The notes under the pieces are model-generated. The model was given only the letters and a program-made list of their open reading frames with translations, made no database searches and was not told the DNA's origin. A DNA stretch of 54,800 bases, counting the filler, from Catajapyx aquilonaris (taxonomy: Eukaryota): assembly GCA_000934665.2 (NCBI GenBank). It is 2 parts of 2 records of this genome, joined end to end, with 100 filler letters (N's around TTAATTAATTAA, not from the genome) between each part and the next. Parts side by side here need not be neighbours in the genome. Positions count along the whole stretch, not along the records: positions 1 to 27,581 come from KZ539286.1; 1 more part is not named here. One strand, written 5' to 3'. Below, in pieces: positions 1 to 13,300 of the stretch. Every line of letters starts with the position of its first letter. Within the stretch, counting starts at the first letter, position 1. The translations under genes and the position numbers were made by a program.

Positions 1-197
1 AGGGAGAGGGAGGGAAAAGGACTATTCTTATTTGCCTAAACCGAAATACCCCCATCCGGTATATGCAATACTGCAGCACAGTTCGCTTCCTTGATTAGTT
101 TCAAGTTTGCAGCACACCAAGTCCTTTACTATATGGATAATGCTCGAAATTTCATTGAGAATTGAGCAAATTCTTACAGATGAATTTTTTAAGACCG

Positions 198-758
198 CAA
201 CCGAGTGCGCACCACAGTTTGCACATCATGCATGGTTGGCATTATCAATGAGATCTGTTAAGCTCTCTTGTATACTTCGCTGCACCTATTTCCAACGCTA
301 CGCTTGGGGGGAACAACAACATGGCCAGGGAGCATATACTACATAAGAGGCGAAAACTTCTGTCGGCGCCTTTGATGTTCGCGTCTCTCTGTTTGTGACG
401 GTTGCCAAGGCTGGCGGCCATTTTGAAGTGTGGATAACGCCAACGAGGTATAAATAGGGTACAGGCAAAAATAGGGTCTGCCATCTTTGATGGTTTTGGC
501 GGCCATGGCAACTACACGGAAAGAACACGCACGAATCAAAGATGGCGGACCCTATTTTTGCATGTGCCCTATTTATACCTCGTTGGCGTCGCACACACTT
601 CAAAATGGCCGCCAGCCTTGGCAACACCCCAAACAGAGAGACGCTAAAATCGAATGTTTGTTCCTCTTAATGTAGTATAGTATGCTCCCTGACATGGCTG
701 ACATTTGCGGTGTTGCCAAGGCTCTGAAACTGCGCGAGTGTGGGTGCGCACTCGGTTG
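198..758. mobile_element. Non-autonomous TIR element hosting a nested MITE
   Basis: CAACCGAGTGCGCACC (198-213) is the reverse complement of GGTGCGCACTCGGTTG (743-758). A further copy of the left end lies at ~1965-2015. No clear TSD. Confidence 0.55.
326..691. mobile_element. Fold-back MITE with 7-bp TSD (CAGGG...CCCTG ends, P/hAT-like)
   Basis: Ends CAGGGAGCATA / TATGCTCCCTG; ACATGGC duplicated at 319-325 and 692-698; the interior is a long imperfect palindrome. Confidence 0.8.
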
Positions 759-1799
759 CCGGATTGTCTAGTACGATACGGCTCTAATATTGACAATTTT
801 ATAATATTAATATACTTAAATGGCCGTTGTTTCGAGTGAATGGTTCTCTCTCCAGCAACAGTCGGTTCGATGTGTTGTGGTCAAGCTGTCCCGTCCCTCA
901 GCGGTCCACCACAACAATAATAATTCTCAGCCCTGTTGTGTAGTTGTCCGGGGCCTATGGTTGCACAACCTGTAATGTATGATCATGCTAATTACAAGCG
1001 GCTGTAATAGGCTTAACATGATTGATCAATTACACTATAATTATATTTTCAACTAGTTAATTGCAAATTATGGATTGATCTGCTTAGCCATGTACTTTAT
1101 TTTTTTTTTTTTGCTCGGTACTGTCGCGTACGTAGCTTCTTGCTCTTTAGAAGTACGTATTTGGCCGAATTTTCTTCCCGGTTGGCCCAGTAGGGACCTC
1201 TCCATGTGTAGTAAGGGAGCGACGCCCTCCCCGCCGCTCAATTGAATCTGTCATGGAAGAGAAGCAGGGTCATTTGATACAGGATTACCTCGGATTTTTC
1301 TGCCCCTCTTTTTACAACCCTCCCCCTCCCCCCAACCNACCGATCTTCCCTCCCCGAAAAAAAAAAAAAACCCGGAAATGGAAATGCAAATGGTAACCCA
1401 TGTAATTTTCTGAGTAATGCTTCTCCAAGTGCTCCACAAAGATGGGGAATAACTCAAGTACAATTCTTGCGGGCTGACATCAAATAGTTTGGATGAGAAT
1501 ATATACACTCTCTGGGCCTGTAATATTCAGGGTTACACTCAAGAGGAGAAGATACTAAGCACCCTATTACTCGAGTTGGTTTTGTAATAGAAAACAAGAT
1601 TGGAAAATCACCGCGAGCGTGATTCGAGTTGACTTTTTTTCTTTCATTCGGCATCGGGAAATGAGACGACGCGATTTGATTCGAATAAAAATGACACTGA
1701 TTGTTGTCAGTCTCATTTTGCCAAGGAACGCGAGGAAACTAATATCTCCTTGGCGGATGTAATGAACCCGGAAAACCGGAAGTTGGCCATGAAACATAT

Positions 1800-1910
1800 T
1801 CTGGTTACGCCGAATCCGAATCCGAAAACCGTTTGTCGCTATCTCTTGCGATTTGGGCCCTGATACCTGTCCACAGACAGACGGACGGACACAACTGTTC
1901 TCTTATAGAG
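1800..1910 (+). mobile_element. Probable HINE/DINE-1-like (Helentron-associated) remnant
   Basis: GCCGAATCCGAATCCGAA followed by CACAGACAGACGGACGGACAC microsatellite and CTTATAG, an arrangement resembling DINE-1-type elements. Confidence 0.35.
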
Positions 1911-4900
1911 AAAATGTCTTTAAAAAATTTGGTCCCCAGCCTATAAGCAATTTTAACCTAGTTTAACCGAGTGCGCACAACAGTTCGCGCAGCTTGCAGG
2001 GTTGGAATTATCAACTGCGGGAGTACGAACTAGGTTGGCGAATACACCGGGAGCGAAATTGTCACGGGGGCGAATATTCCGGGGGCGAAACGGGGGGCGA
2101 AAAGTCCGGGACCTGTAAAAATTCATTTTTTAAAATACAGTGCAAGTCAGCTCACTTATAGTGATAGCCTACTCAGAATCAGCTGACTTATGGTGATACT
2201 AATCAGGTGTTGATTTTTATGCTGCCCACAATTTACCTCACGTTTCTGGGACCACACCCGTAGTCTCAAAATATACCCCCACACAAGAAGCGGTATCACT
2301 TGAGGTAATTAGAGCCCGGTAGCCATTACTTTCCCATCCGGCCCATTGTTCCCCAAGAGTTTTTATCTTTGACAGAACTCAGCCCTGCCTCACTTTTTTT
2401 TGTGTGTGCCTCACCGCCAGGAGTGAATAAACGACGCGAAGATAACGCCAGCTTTAATTCCACCAAGAATTTCCCAGATGCCAGTATTTTTTTTCGAGGG
2501 AGGGTGTGGGAGTTGGGCGCGTTATAACTGCAGTGTTTCGGGGGCGAGAAACTATGATCTTAACAGCCATAAACTCCCGGCAGTCGTCACGAACCATATC
2601 CTTTGCTTTGAAAGCTTCATTAAAACTAGCGCCGTTACTCTCTTTTTTTTCCTTTTATTTTTATTTTCCGCTTTTAGAAAAAAAAAGAAAGAAGCCTCCT
2701 CCTCCTCCTCCTCCTCGTTTCTATTTCCAACTCTCTCCACGACATTCTAACAGTCTCCTAAAACGCGTTTACTCCCCAGCAGTCCGTGCGTAAAACACCC
2801 CAAGCTCTGGGTCTTCCCAGATGTCATAACTTTGCATCGAAGACGATAAGGCACCAGTCCCAGCCTCCTCGTAAGACCCGACTCTTTATGAGATCACATA
2901 ATGTCCTCTTCTCTCTCTCTTTTTTTTTGGCACAACCCCCTCTTTGCCTCCTTCTTTTTCGAGGCGTTTGATTGGTCCGAATGAGATTTGATTCAGTTGC
3001 AAAAGCTTAGCCCATTTTCATGATCATCCTTTTGTCCCATCATTTCTTTGCAAGAATAGTAATCCTCCCGTTCATTATACTGTTGGGGGGGAGGGTGGTA
3101 ATTTAAATTAATTTTGAGTTTCACAAGGAGTTTGAGATGGTTTTTAGCTGGCGTCGTGATTGGATTAACGATGATTTCAAGGTCCAAATCATTATGGTAA
3201 TTGACGTGATATTGCTCGGTGTTTCCTGCAGTATTTCCGCATCCAGTTATGTGGTGTTATAGTTACGCCATTAAATAAATTTAAGCGACTATAAATTAAT
3301 TGGCCTTATTTTCTGACTCGAATGTTCCTATAACAAGAGTCAAAACACTTGTGGCTGCGAAGCAATAAGCCATTTTATTAATTTTCATTTTTTCATTCCG
3401 AGGGACTCCGCAGCTAAAAAGTTAAATCGTGGTTTATAACCGACTTAAAAAAAACTTTTTTTTTCTCTCTCTTCCTTCACTTCCCACTTCTTGAACCAGC
3501 TTTATTATTATTTTTTCCTAAGAGAGATATATAGTTCGGCCAGCCTCATCCCCATCCTTTTCCCCAATTGCTCCCAAGAACTCTCGCTCTATTGCCTGAC
3601 ACGCAGCATAATTCGGAGCTTTTAAAAAAAAGTTTGCTCAACATGGGAAAGTGCTGAGGAAAAAAAAAAAGTTTGGGGATTCGACGAAGAGTGACATTAT
3701 TATTGGGGAGGAAAAAGTCTGGAAGGAAAGTCAAAAATCAGTTTGATGTCAACTGGCAACCGCTGATAAATTTGGCGAAAAAAAAAAATCATTACATGGT
3801 GTAACAACCCATCTGGTCTTGACAGGATGGTATTGTAATCAGCGCTAATTGGCTTGAGCGGGTTAATAGTCAACATCCCTTCCCCCCCAAGATTTGATCC
3901 CGCCTTGTAATCCTCCTTGCCTTTAATCCCTAAGATGTCACCTGCATGTCAACCTCGTAAATTAATGAGTTCCTCCCAATCGTTCGAGCCTCCAAAGAAA
4001 TTGGGATTTTTTTTTTTTTGAACGATGTACAGTGTTGGACATGTCGTATATATAGGGTGTGTGAAATAAGTGCTGCTTCCACATGGCGAGCACGGCCAAT
4101 AATATTCGTGGTGACGTCTGAAGGACCCAGGAATTGAATTTCCCGGAGCGAAAAATTGATTTCTACCATCCAAGTTTCATGGGGGAACACGGTCTGGTTC
4201 AGGACCGGAAAAAAAAAGAAAATCCGGGGGTTGAGTGATAGATGATTGTTTCTAGGACGGACAAATGGGGAGGAAAAAAAATTGCGATTGGATCAGGTGC
4301 TTCGTATATAACAAAAGAGTTCCGCAAACACACTCGAACCAACCAGAAGGTTCATCATTTACTTGTCAATCAGTCGTACTCTTTTTTTTTGGCCCAAGCA
4401 AGTGGCAGGATTTTGGGTGAATGATAATCCGGGCAGAGTCTCTGAATCAACAGCTAGTCGATGCAGCCTTAATGTCCTTCATTGAGTCATCCCTTCACTC
4501 GCTTGGTGCAAGTAATTAATTTTCACTCCCCCCCTTCTAAGTAATCCCTCCTTTCCTATTCACCTCCCCCCCTTTTGAAGCAAAACCATCAGTCATTACA
4601 ATCAATTACGGCTTTGGAATTATGATAGCTTCCTCCCCCCCTCAGATCCCAATTAGAGATGATCCATCCAGAAGATTTGCTTTTGGGCTTTCAGAAACAA
4701 GACACCTCACCACCACCCCTGAGCTTAAAGCTGGGCTGGTCCTTTAAGTTTTGGGATCGCCATGTTTACTGGTTTTGGCGTGTCGTGTGCAGGCATCGAT
4801 CTGGCATCGGACCTGCATGGTCTGTCTCGGTTGACAGGAACATCAAGAGCGAGAGAGGACCGCACTAGGGGAATGCCCCCCTGCACATGCCACTCACAAG

Positions 4901-5559
4901 CTGCTCCAAACACTGAGAGAGACCCTTTCAAAATCCGGGTCAGGGTTCAGAACCTCTTCTGTTAGGAGCCGAAAGAGTGTCCTAGGGGTGCGATTCAACG
5001 GTTTTTTGGCGGATGGCACGCCGAAATACGCCGTGGTGGGGGACACGCATCTGCATGTAGATAGGACGTTATTCCATATGACGGCATATTTGACATTTTA
5101 TGCGGATGTTACACGTACACAAAGCACTATCAGAACAGACTGTCCAAATGGCCATGTCCGGCTGATTTTTCTCTCTTTTTTAGCAGGGGGGTGTTGGATA
5201 TGATGGAGGCTTATAAAGTGGGGAGGATGGAACGGGAGGCAGGTAGGGGAGGGAAGTGAAACATTTCTCCGGGTTGGCGTCCGGATCCGCATACCAAGTG
5301 CCAGAAATGATGTAATGTGATTATCCGCGTCTTTGTGGTGGCCGGCCAGGGACCTCCGCTCTGGTTGGTCGGTTGGCCAGGGCTTAGGAGGAAGGACCGC
5401 AGGAACTCGCTCATTACTCCTCTTGTCTGCTGCTGGGAAAAGCAAGGGCCCCCGCTGGGATGTGCTGGAGAAAACATGCACCAAGCCTTTTCTCCAGCAC
5501 CGGACACTAATGGCCCCGCATCTGACACGCCGCTGTGCAAAGCGATGGGAAAAGTAGCA

Positions 5560-6440
5560 GCAATTTTGTCACCACAAGCCGAAAAAAACAATCACTGTGT
5601 CAGGTAGCAGCTTTTTGCCACTTGGATCAAAATTAGCAGTCATTGTCAGATAGCAGTTATTTTGTCATTTTGGTCAAAAATAGAAATCGCAATGTTAAGC
5701 CACTGCGAGTAGGAAACTGTACGAGGTAGCAGCAATCACACAGTATCAGCGAATTGTCACTGCGAGTCTAAAGTAGCAATCACACAGTAGCAGCGATTTA
5801 CCAGTCGAAAATAGCAATCGTTGTGTCATGTCTAACAGCGAATTTCACTGGAGTCGAAAGTAGCAATCACACAGTATATCAGTGATTTACAAGTCGAAAA
5901 TAGCAATCTCTGTGTCATATATAACAGCGAATTTCACTGGACTCAAAAGTAGCAATCACACAGTATAGCAGTGATTTACAAGTCGAAAATAGCAATCGCT
6001 GTGTCATGTATAACAGCGAATTTCACTGGAGTCGAAAGTAGCAATCACACAGTAGCAGTGATTTACAAGTCGAAAATAGCAATATCTGTGTCATGTATAA
6101 CAGCGAATTTCACTGGAGTCAAAAGTAGCAATCACACAGTAGCAAGGATTTGACTTTGCGAGTCGAAAATAGCAATCGCTGTACCAGGTAGTAGCGATTT
6201 GTCATTGAGGGTCGAAAATAGCGATCACACCGTAGCAGTAATTTGACTGGATTTGACACTGCCAAGTCGAAAATAGTTGCTGTCACGTAGCAGCTATGTT
6301 GACACTTGGGTCAAAAACAGCCGTCATTGTCCAGTAGCAGCTATTTGTCACTGCGAGTCGAATATAGCAATCGCACGGTAGCAGTGATTTGTAGTGAATA
6401 ATCTATCGGCTTACGGACGATTTACTGTCATTACTTGGTG
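5560..6440. repeat. Minisatellite with ~87-89-bp higher-order unit
   Basis: About four near-identical units (AGTCGAAAATAGCAATCGCTGTGTCATGTATAACAGCGAATTTCACTGGAGTCGAAAGTAGCAATCACACAGTAGCAGTGATTTACA) at ~5800-6150, flanked by degenerate ~40-48-bp subunits. Confidence 0.9.
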
Positions 6441-6461
6441 TGTCAGCAGATAAATGATGTA

Positions 6462-6540
6462 CTATCGGATTCAATATATTTTATTTATTTTATTTTATTT
6501 TATTTACCCCGTGTTCGAGACCTATCGGATTCAATATATT
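6462..6540 (-). mobile_element. Extremely 5'-truncated retroposed insertion with 19-bp TSD
   Basis: CTATCGGATTCAATATATT at 6462-6480 and 6522-6540 flanks a 41-bp insert that is mostly a (TTTTA)n tail. Confidence 0.6.
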
Positions 6541-6546
6541 AGTTAT

Positions 6547-6646
6547 GGTCACTTTATCCTGGTCTTGAAGCAACCCTTCGCACAGGCTCCACTATGAGGA
6601 GGTGTGTGTGTGTGAAGGGTTGCTTCAAGACCAGGATAAAGTGGCC
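6547..6646. mobile_element. 100-bp hairpin MITE
   Basis: GGTCACTTTATCCTGGTCTTGAAGCAACCCTTCGCACA pairs with TGTGTGAAGGGTTGCTTCAAGACCAGGATAAAGTGGCC. Confidence 0.7.
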
Positions 6647-6710
6647 GGAACTAGTTGAACCTGATAGTACCAACCACCTTTTGCCCGTCGCCTTTTACCC
6701 CCCCCCCCCC

Positions 6711-6813
6711 NNNNNNNNNNNNNNNNNNNNNNNNNNNNNNNNNNNNNNNNNNNNNNNNNNNNNNNNNNNNNNNNNNNNNNNNNNNNNNNNNNNNNNNNNN
6801 NNNNNNNNNNNNN
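6711..6813. other. Assembly gap
   Basis: Run of N flanked by poly-C and poly-G. Confidence 0.99.
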
Positions 6814-9800
6814 GGGGGGGGGGGGGGGACTGCAGTAGCGTCTCCAATCCCTCCATACCTTCCCCCTCCTCTCCCTCTCTCCCTCCTTTTTTTTTCTTTG
6901 TCCGAAGCTCAGACCTCTCCGCTCCCTGAAAGCCCATCTCAGTCGACATTGCTTTTGATAGACATGGCTATCAAGAGGGATAAGAGGAGAGGAGGGGGAG
7001 AGGTGGATGGCATCTAGTTTTAGACAGGCGGCCATTTTCTGATGCTTGCTCTCCGACCCGGGTCGCAGCAGAGAGCAGGGTTTATGTAGGAGATTGCTTT
7101 TTCCTCCCTGTGAAAACTGACAAATGAACTGGAGGGATGCTGAGGGATGAATAGGAAGGATTAAACAGTGGACTGCGGTTCTAGGGATGCTCTTTACTTG
7201 ACGACGCAACAGCATAGGTCGCTTCATGGAAATGTGATCCATTCCTTATAGGACGTGTGAGGAACGTCGCTCTTCCCTTTCCTTTATCTCTCTCAAAGGT
7301 GGGGCTAGAGAGCATCCGGATCCAATTCCCATTGACGGGGACACACTGCTTTTTCGCCCCGGATCGAGAGGCTCGAATCTCCGATTTAGAACCAATATCG
7401 CAGTAACTTCGACCTCCTTTTTACAGGCGTCAAGTTACACCATGAACTAGAGCGGTTTTTGTGTATTGCCGCTTCCTTTTTGTGTGTGATACGGTACGCT
7501 GCTGCGACAGGAGCTCGGAATTTCCTTTCTGTGAAAAGCGATGGATCCAATTTTGAACCGAGATGCTATTAACCGGGATAGGTTCATATTCATCTACAGG
7601 GTGTTTCACGATCCACAACCGTTTTATTTCCCCTTGTATAATAATGCACGTGTAAATTGCAGTTGTTGTAATTCACTAAGGAGAGTTGAATCAGTGAACT
7701 AAGGATGTGACATCTCCTTCCCCCTTTCCATTTTTGGAGGGAGGGCAGGTGCGTAAAGCATTAGTCGTTTTTGGAGCACAATAGGACCATCTTCCCTCGA
7801 GGCTCCCATGGTCCATCTTTTTGACGCCAGGATTTATTCGGTCTATTAGAGCCCCCGCAAAATTCTCCCCCCTTTCCATTCCCCCTTGTATTTTTCCATT
7901 ACAATCACACAGTGGGATTTGATAAAACACCAACGTTGAATAAGGGATGAGACCGTGACAGATAACAAAGACCCGTATCTGGTAATGGGATCCTCTTCTT
8001 TACAACCGTAGGTTTCTCGCGAATATATCCGCAGGAAATCTGCAGGGTTGCTTTTTTTCCCCATCACTATTGGTTCCATTTTTCGATCCAGCAGGTGTTG
8101 ATGCTACATTTCCATAAGGATCCTGCACAGTTCTTTTAAAGAGCTGATTTTTAATTCCCTTACGACCTAGGCCATATTTCAAGCCGTGGGACAACCGCAG
8201 CCATATTTTCCATCCTCAACAATGGTGGGCTCCAGACCCGGAACGCCGTTCCCCAACCGGATCCGGAAATGGCTCCCAGTTTCAACCAGACTGATGTCAT
8301 CCTCTGCTCTTTCCCCAGCCAGCAAACCTCCCAATCAACACCAGCAGGGTATAAAGATGGCAGCAGTCTCCCCCATCCCCCTCCAAAAAAAAGACGTGGG
8401 GTGCGACCTTTTGACCATTCAAGTGGAAAATGCCTTCGTTAGTGTAACCCAATAGAGCCAGGCTTTGACTCGCAATATTATTTGGGCAGCGCCAGGTATA
8501 AAAAGAAAAAGAGGTAGGGCATTTCGGGTTTCAAAAGAGCTCAGGTCTGGGCCCCCTCGAGGTGTGTGCAGGGGAGGGTGGGGAAGTGAGGGAGTCGAAT
8601 TACTCCAAACCCCTGGGCAAAGTCAGTTCTCTTTTTTTTTTCTTTTGGCAGCATCGCCACCTGCTTTTTTCAATCTGGAGTCAAAGAGGAGGTTTGGTGC
8701 ATCGCTTCTTTCAAAGTGATTTCCTCCTCTCCTTTTTTTTTGCTCATAAACTAAGCCACTTACTTCCTTTACGCTGTACGGGGCTGCCTATATTTTCAAT
8801 CTCCTCAAAGATGAGGAGGAAAAATAAATATCAACTTTTGGGGGCAAATTGATTGCCCAAACAGACCGTTTGGGTAGGGTAAAAAGCCCCCCCCCCCCTC
8901 CCTCTCACCCTGCAAAAGTTGACGCTCTGCCACACCACAAGCTCCCATCTTCAAAAGTAGGATCTAGCCATTTCCCCCCGTGTCTCTTTGGGCGAGTAGT
9001 TCGCTAATAATTCGTAATGAGTCGCACAAACTTTCAGGATCAAACTCGTATAGGGACCAAAAGGTCAGTTAGTGTAGACGCGTCATTTTCTGTCCGAAGC
9101 CTTTTTGCCTAGATAATTAGAAATCATGTTGGAACTGTGCCTCTGTTTGTCCGCGGTGAGTCATCAGTAGATGCGCCATCTATGTGAGACATACGTCAAC
9201 AGTAGGAAGAGCAATGTTGCCATGTTCAGTCTCGTTAAGAAATAGTGTAACTGTGCAGTAGGCCATTGCGCTAATCTTTCTCATACGGTCCTGCAATTTA
9301 TCCGGTCATCGCTCTTAATCCGGTTTCCAAGCTACGTCAGCTCCACCTGTCCGGAATCCTCCGTCTTTTCCTTTCCATTTCTCGCACTCGCTTTTTTTCT
9401 CTCTCTCTTTTTCTTGTCGTCCTCGCTTCTCAAACGGAAATCCAGATTTCCAAGCAATTACAGGCGAACAAAATGCCACTTCAACAGCGTTGATTACATT
9501 CCGCTCCTTCCTTCTCCCCTTTTCCTTCCCCCTCCCAGCATTTCTCTCCCTCTCTCCCACCCATCCACCCACTCTCCACCCCCACCTTTTGGGCTTGTTA
9601 TTAGTCGGAGGAAACTCGGCCACTTCATTAGTGGCGCGTTGTACGGACGGCCAGGGTTGCCCTGGAATCTTACTTGGCAGTCTCGGTACCAGACTTATTT
9701 CCAAGGGTGAAAATGGGGGTGGGGGGGGATGATGCTCATTAGGAATTCCTTCGTTCCTATATCATCCTCTGATGGGTGACGACAATCCTGTCTTTTGACT

Positions 9801-9876
9801 CCCGGCGTCATGGAGACAACATTAAAAAAGGGGGTGATCACCTTACAGGTCTACCACCTTGTATAGTTCTAGACAC

Positions 9877-10319
9877 TTAATGATGTCGCACTGGTGGCGC
9901 CACGAGCCACTGGCGATAAAGAAGCGAATCGAAATTTGCCCTCCGTACGACCACCTTCACTTCATCATACAGTGAAGGTGGTCATCCGGAGGCATATTGG
10001 CAAACCCCAAGTGGTCTCCGCAACCTGTCCTGCCCTAACCTTCCTTTCTTCCTAGCGGATACGGCCATATCTTCAGCGGATACGGCCGCATCTTCAGCGG
10101 ATACAGCCTCATCTTCAGCGGATACAGCCTCATCTTCAGCGGATACAGCCGCATCTTCAGCGGACACAGACCCATCTTCAGCGGATACAAAACCTATGAG
10201 AGTAGGTGGGCCGGTTGCGGGGACCACTTAGCGTTTGCCTAAAATGCCACCCGGAGGCACCTTTTGATTCGCCCTTTTGCCGTCAACGGCTCGTGGCGCC
10301 ACAAGTACAACACTATTAA
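9877..10319. mobile_element. TIR element with internal 21-bp tandem array
   Basis: Inverted ends sharing GTGGCGCCACGAGCC / GGCTCGTGGCGCCAC, bounded by TTAA. Internal repeat TCTTCAGCGGATACAGCCGCA, about 6 copies at 10055-10188. Confidence 0.65.
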
Positions 10320-13300
10320 TGTTCAGCACTGTACTACTTGAGCTCAGCAGCACCACAACCAAACTCTCTTTTTCTGGAAAATTCGCGGGATTACCCAGAC
10401 GATGTTTCGACCTTTTTGGAGGTGTGGTTGAGAAGACAGGTTGATGGGGAAGGAAATGTCAGGGTGGGTAGAGCCTTAACTTTGTCTTGTCATCTGCCAC
10501 CTTTCCCAGCGACGCCCGCCGATGGGGATTGCTAAACTTACTTGAACGCGCCACCAACTTTTTCGGAGAAGTATTTGTTTTATCCTGTAAGTCAGGCTGA
10601 CCGTTGCACAGTCGTGTCGTATGGGTAGCTCTGAATAGCTAGGATAAACACATTGTTATCGCTCGAATAAGAAGCACTGCAAAGCGATGTAACCTTTAAA
10701 CGCAGCGGGGACACAGTAAATTGGAGGCAGTCAAAGCTAGGCATGATGTACATAAGCCTTGGCGTTTTAGACGAGAGGCGGAAACTCCTCCAAGACGCCA
10801 TCATCGACACAATGTTACCCCAGCAGCACGGGCGTTTTCTCACGGCGACGGATAAATTGCCATGATATCCTCCCCTCGAAAGTACGTGAGAACTGCGCTG
10901 CAGTCGACTCTTTCTAACGAGTCTGCCTGTGCGAACAAAAGCTCAAAAAGATACGGCAGTGCAGCGAGAGCGAAGAGGAGAAAAGAAGAAGACTACACAC
11001 AAAGTAACAGGATACTTTTTTTTTCTTCTTCTTCCTTAACAACAGGATAGCTCTTCAGACACGCGCAAAAAACGATGCAATACCGTGAGATTTTGCCAGA
11101 GAGACATATGCTACCAAGGTACCTTCCATAATGGCCGGCTATTTTGTCTTATACTGGAGTGGTTTAATCCTGAGGCGAGATGATCCGCTTCCTGGTACTC
11201 GGGAGGGAAGAAGAGTAACCGACAGACAGACAGAGAGACGGAAGTGTTATTTCAGCCATGTACTCTTTCTCTTCCGGCGGCACCCAAGTGGGAATTACCG
11301 GAGGTTTGGCCCACTGCCATCTAGCCCAGAGAGGAAAGGAAAAGAAAAAAAAAACTGGAAGTATTTCTGCGAACATAAGGCCGGGCTATGGGAGAGGAAA
11401 TCGGGGGATTAGTGGACGGGAAGAAAAGGGGAGAGCTGGAAGATGGAGGGTGGTCAACCATGGACAGAGGGATCATAAGGATTGCTCTGAAGGGTACAAA
11501 AATTCCTCCCGAGCGAAATATGCTCGTCACACCCCGCCATCTTGATATGTGAAGCGATCTTTACTTTAAGCTCAGATTCGTTTCCGATTGGTTCACCTCA
11601 CTTTCAGAAGTCCATCTTTAGAGACCATTCCGAGGGGGGCATTATCCGGTCCTCCCCAGTACTTTCCCGGCCAGCCATGTTCATGATTATTCAAGAACAC
11701 TTGACACACATACAGTTCAGCCACCCTTAACGCTTCCCTGCCCCACCACCTCTCTCTCAGACTTTGCCTCCCCCCGCACCCCCCAGCGTCGCAGCAGAAC
11801 AATCTTATTAAGACTATTACCTTGCTAAGCACCCGTGTAATGGTATTATAATCTACAGGCCCCGCTGCTTGGAAGAGTAGGTAAGAGGAAGTAAAGGGTC
11901 GGGCACATGGAGGAAGCAGGTTGAGGTGGGAAGAGGGGGGGTGTTTCATTCGGACGCTGCCTTGACACCTCGCTCAAGTACTCAAATGAGATGGTGCTCT
12001 CCAGGGGGATCCCGCCCAGAGGTATACCCCACTCCAACAGCCCTCAGATATGCCGCGGGACCCTGGAATTACCATGAAAGCAGCTCTAAAGGGGTCTGGC
12101 ACACTGACTTTTCTTATGACGTCACCAACGCCATCTCTGAACGACTGGATGACATCATCTTGACTAGATGGGTGACGTCACCGATTTTAACTGACGCAGC
12201 TGCCGCCATTTTGTTTAACAGGCGGCCATCTTGTTTACCCCCCAAAATCAGGCTAACACTAACTGATGTGGCCATCTTGGACCGCACCTCAACCCCCTGG
12301 CCTGATGCAATGGACTGTGCCCCTCAGAGCAGCACACGGTGCAAGAAAACAGTTTTGAGTAGTTGTGTAACAGTTTCCTTATAGGTTCCAATTCCACCGA
12401 TATGGTAAAGGAGGGTAGGGGGGGTAGGGGGGCTAGAAATGGGCTCGATAGGCGCCGGAAACGACTGCAGCTGCGGCTGCTCTTGAAGGGCCCACTTTGG
12501 CAAATGGCGTCGGAAGCCTAACCGGCCAGAAAATATGGGGTCGCCCTCCCATATAACCACCCCCTGTGGAAGGGGGCAGCAGGCAAGAAAATGGGGCGAT
12601 GGAGCAAAACGGGCCAAATAGATTTGAGGTGACCCGAGCACAGCTATTGTAGGCCCGTTTTCCCTCCAAAACCCGCCGGTTCCGATGCAGATTCGACCTA
12701 GGGTAATTGCAGGCCGTACCTCAACGTGACAGCCCCCAATTGCGCAATAATTGTCTACCACGAGCTGTACAGGGCAATACCCAACTGCTTTTTAAATGGC
12801 CGTAACATAAGCCGTCATGAATATTTTGAAACCGTTTCCAATAAGAAGAAAAAAAAGGCGCACTGAAACACTACGAGTAAATCGTTGTGACCTTATAATG
12901 AGTTACTTATTTTCATTGACCTGACCCGTCGATTTTCATGTTTTATTTTTTTAAAGTTCTGCCGAGGCTCATAAATCCAAGTCGTTTTCAACTATAGAGT
13001 TCACTTTAGTGCCAGCTACTTTGGAATGATCTTTTTGCCAAGTTTCGGTCCAACTTTTTTTTATTTGATAGCTTGGGCTTCTTCGCTGGGTTAATGCCTC
13101 GAATACAGGATCTATCTGAAACTCGTTTTGTCGTAAAAATTCGAACGCGTCCACTAGCAATCTCCACTCAAATTTTTTTAAGAAAAAAAAAGTTGACAAC
13201 TTTGTTGCTGGTGTCCAATTGCAGCATGTATACCTTTTAACGAACAAGGTAACACAAAAAGAGGAAGGATTAATTTCTTCGGCCATTTTCTCACTCCGAA

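Noticed and set aside
5560..6440. CRISPR-like regular repeats (also 22790-22900 and 42370-42532)
   Set aside because: There are no unique spacers and no cas genes, and the context is eukaryotic; these are tandem repeats.
9982..10227. ORF with AVSAEDE heptad repeats
   Set aside because: It is a translation of a 21-bp tandem repeat inside a TIR element, with no ATG start or splice support.
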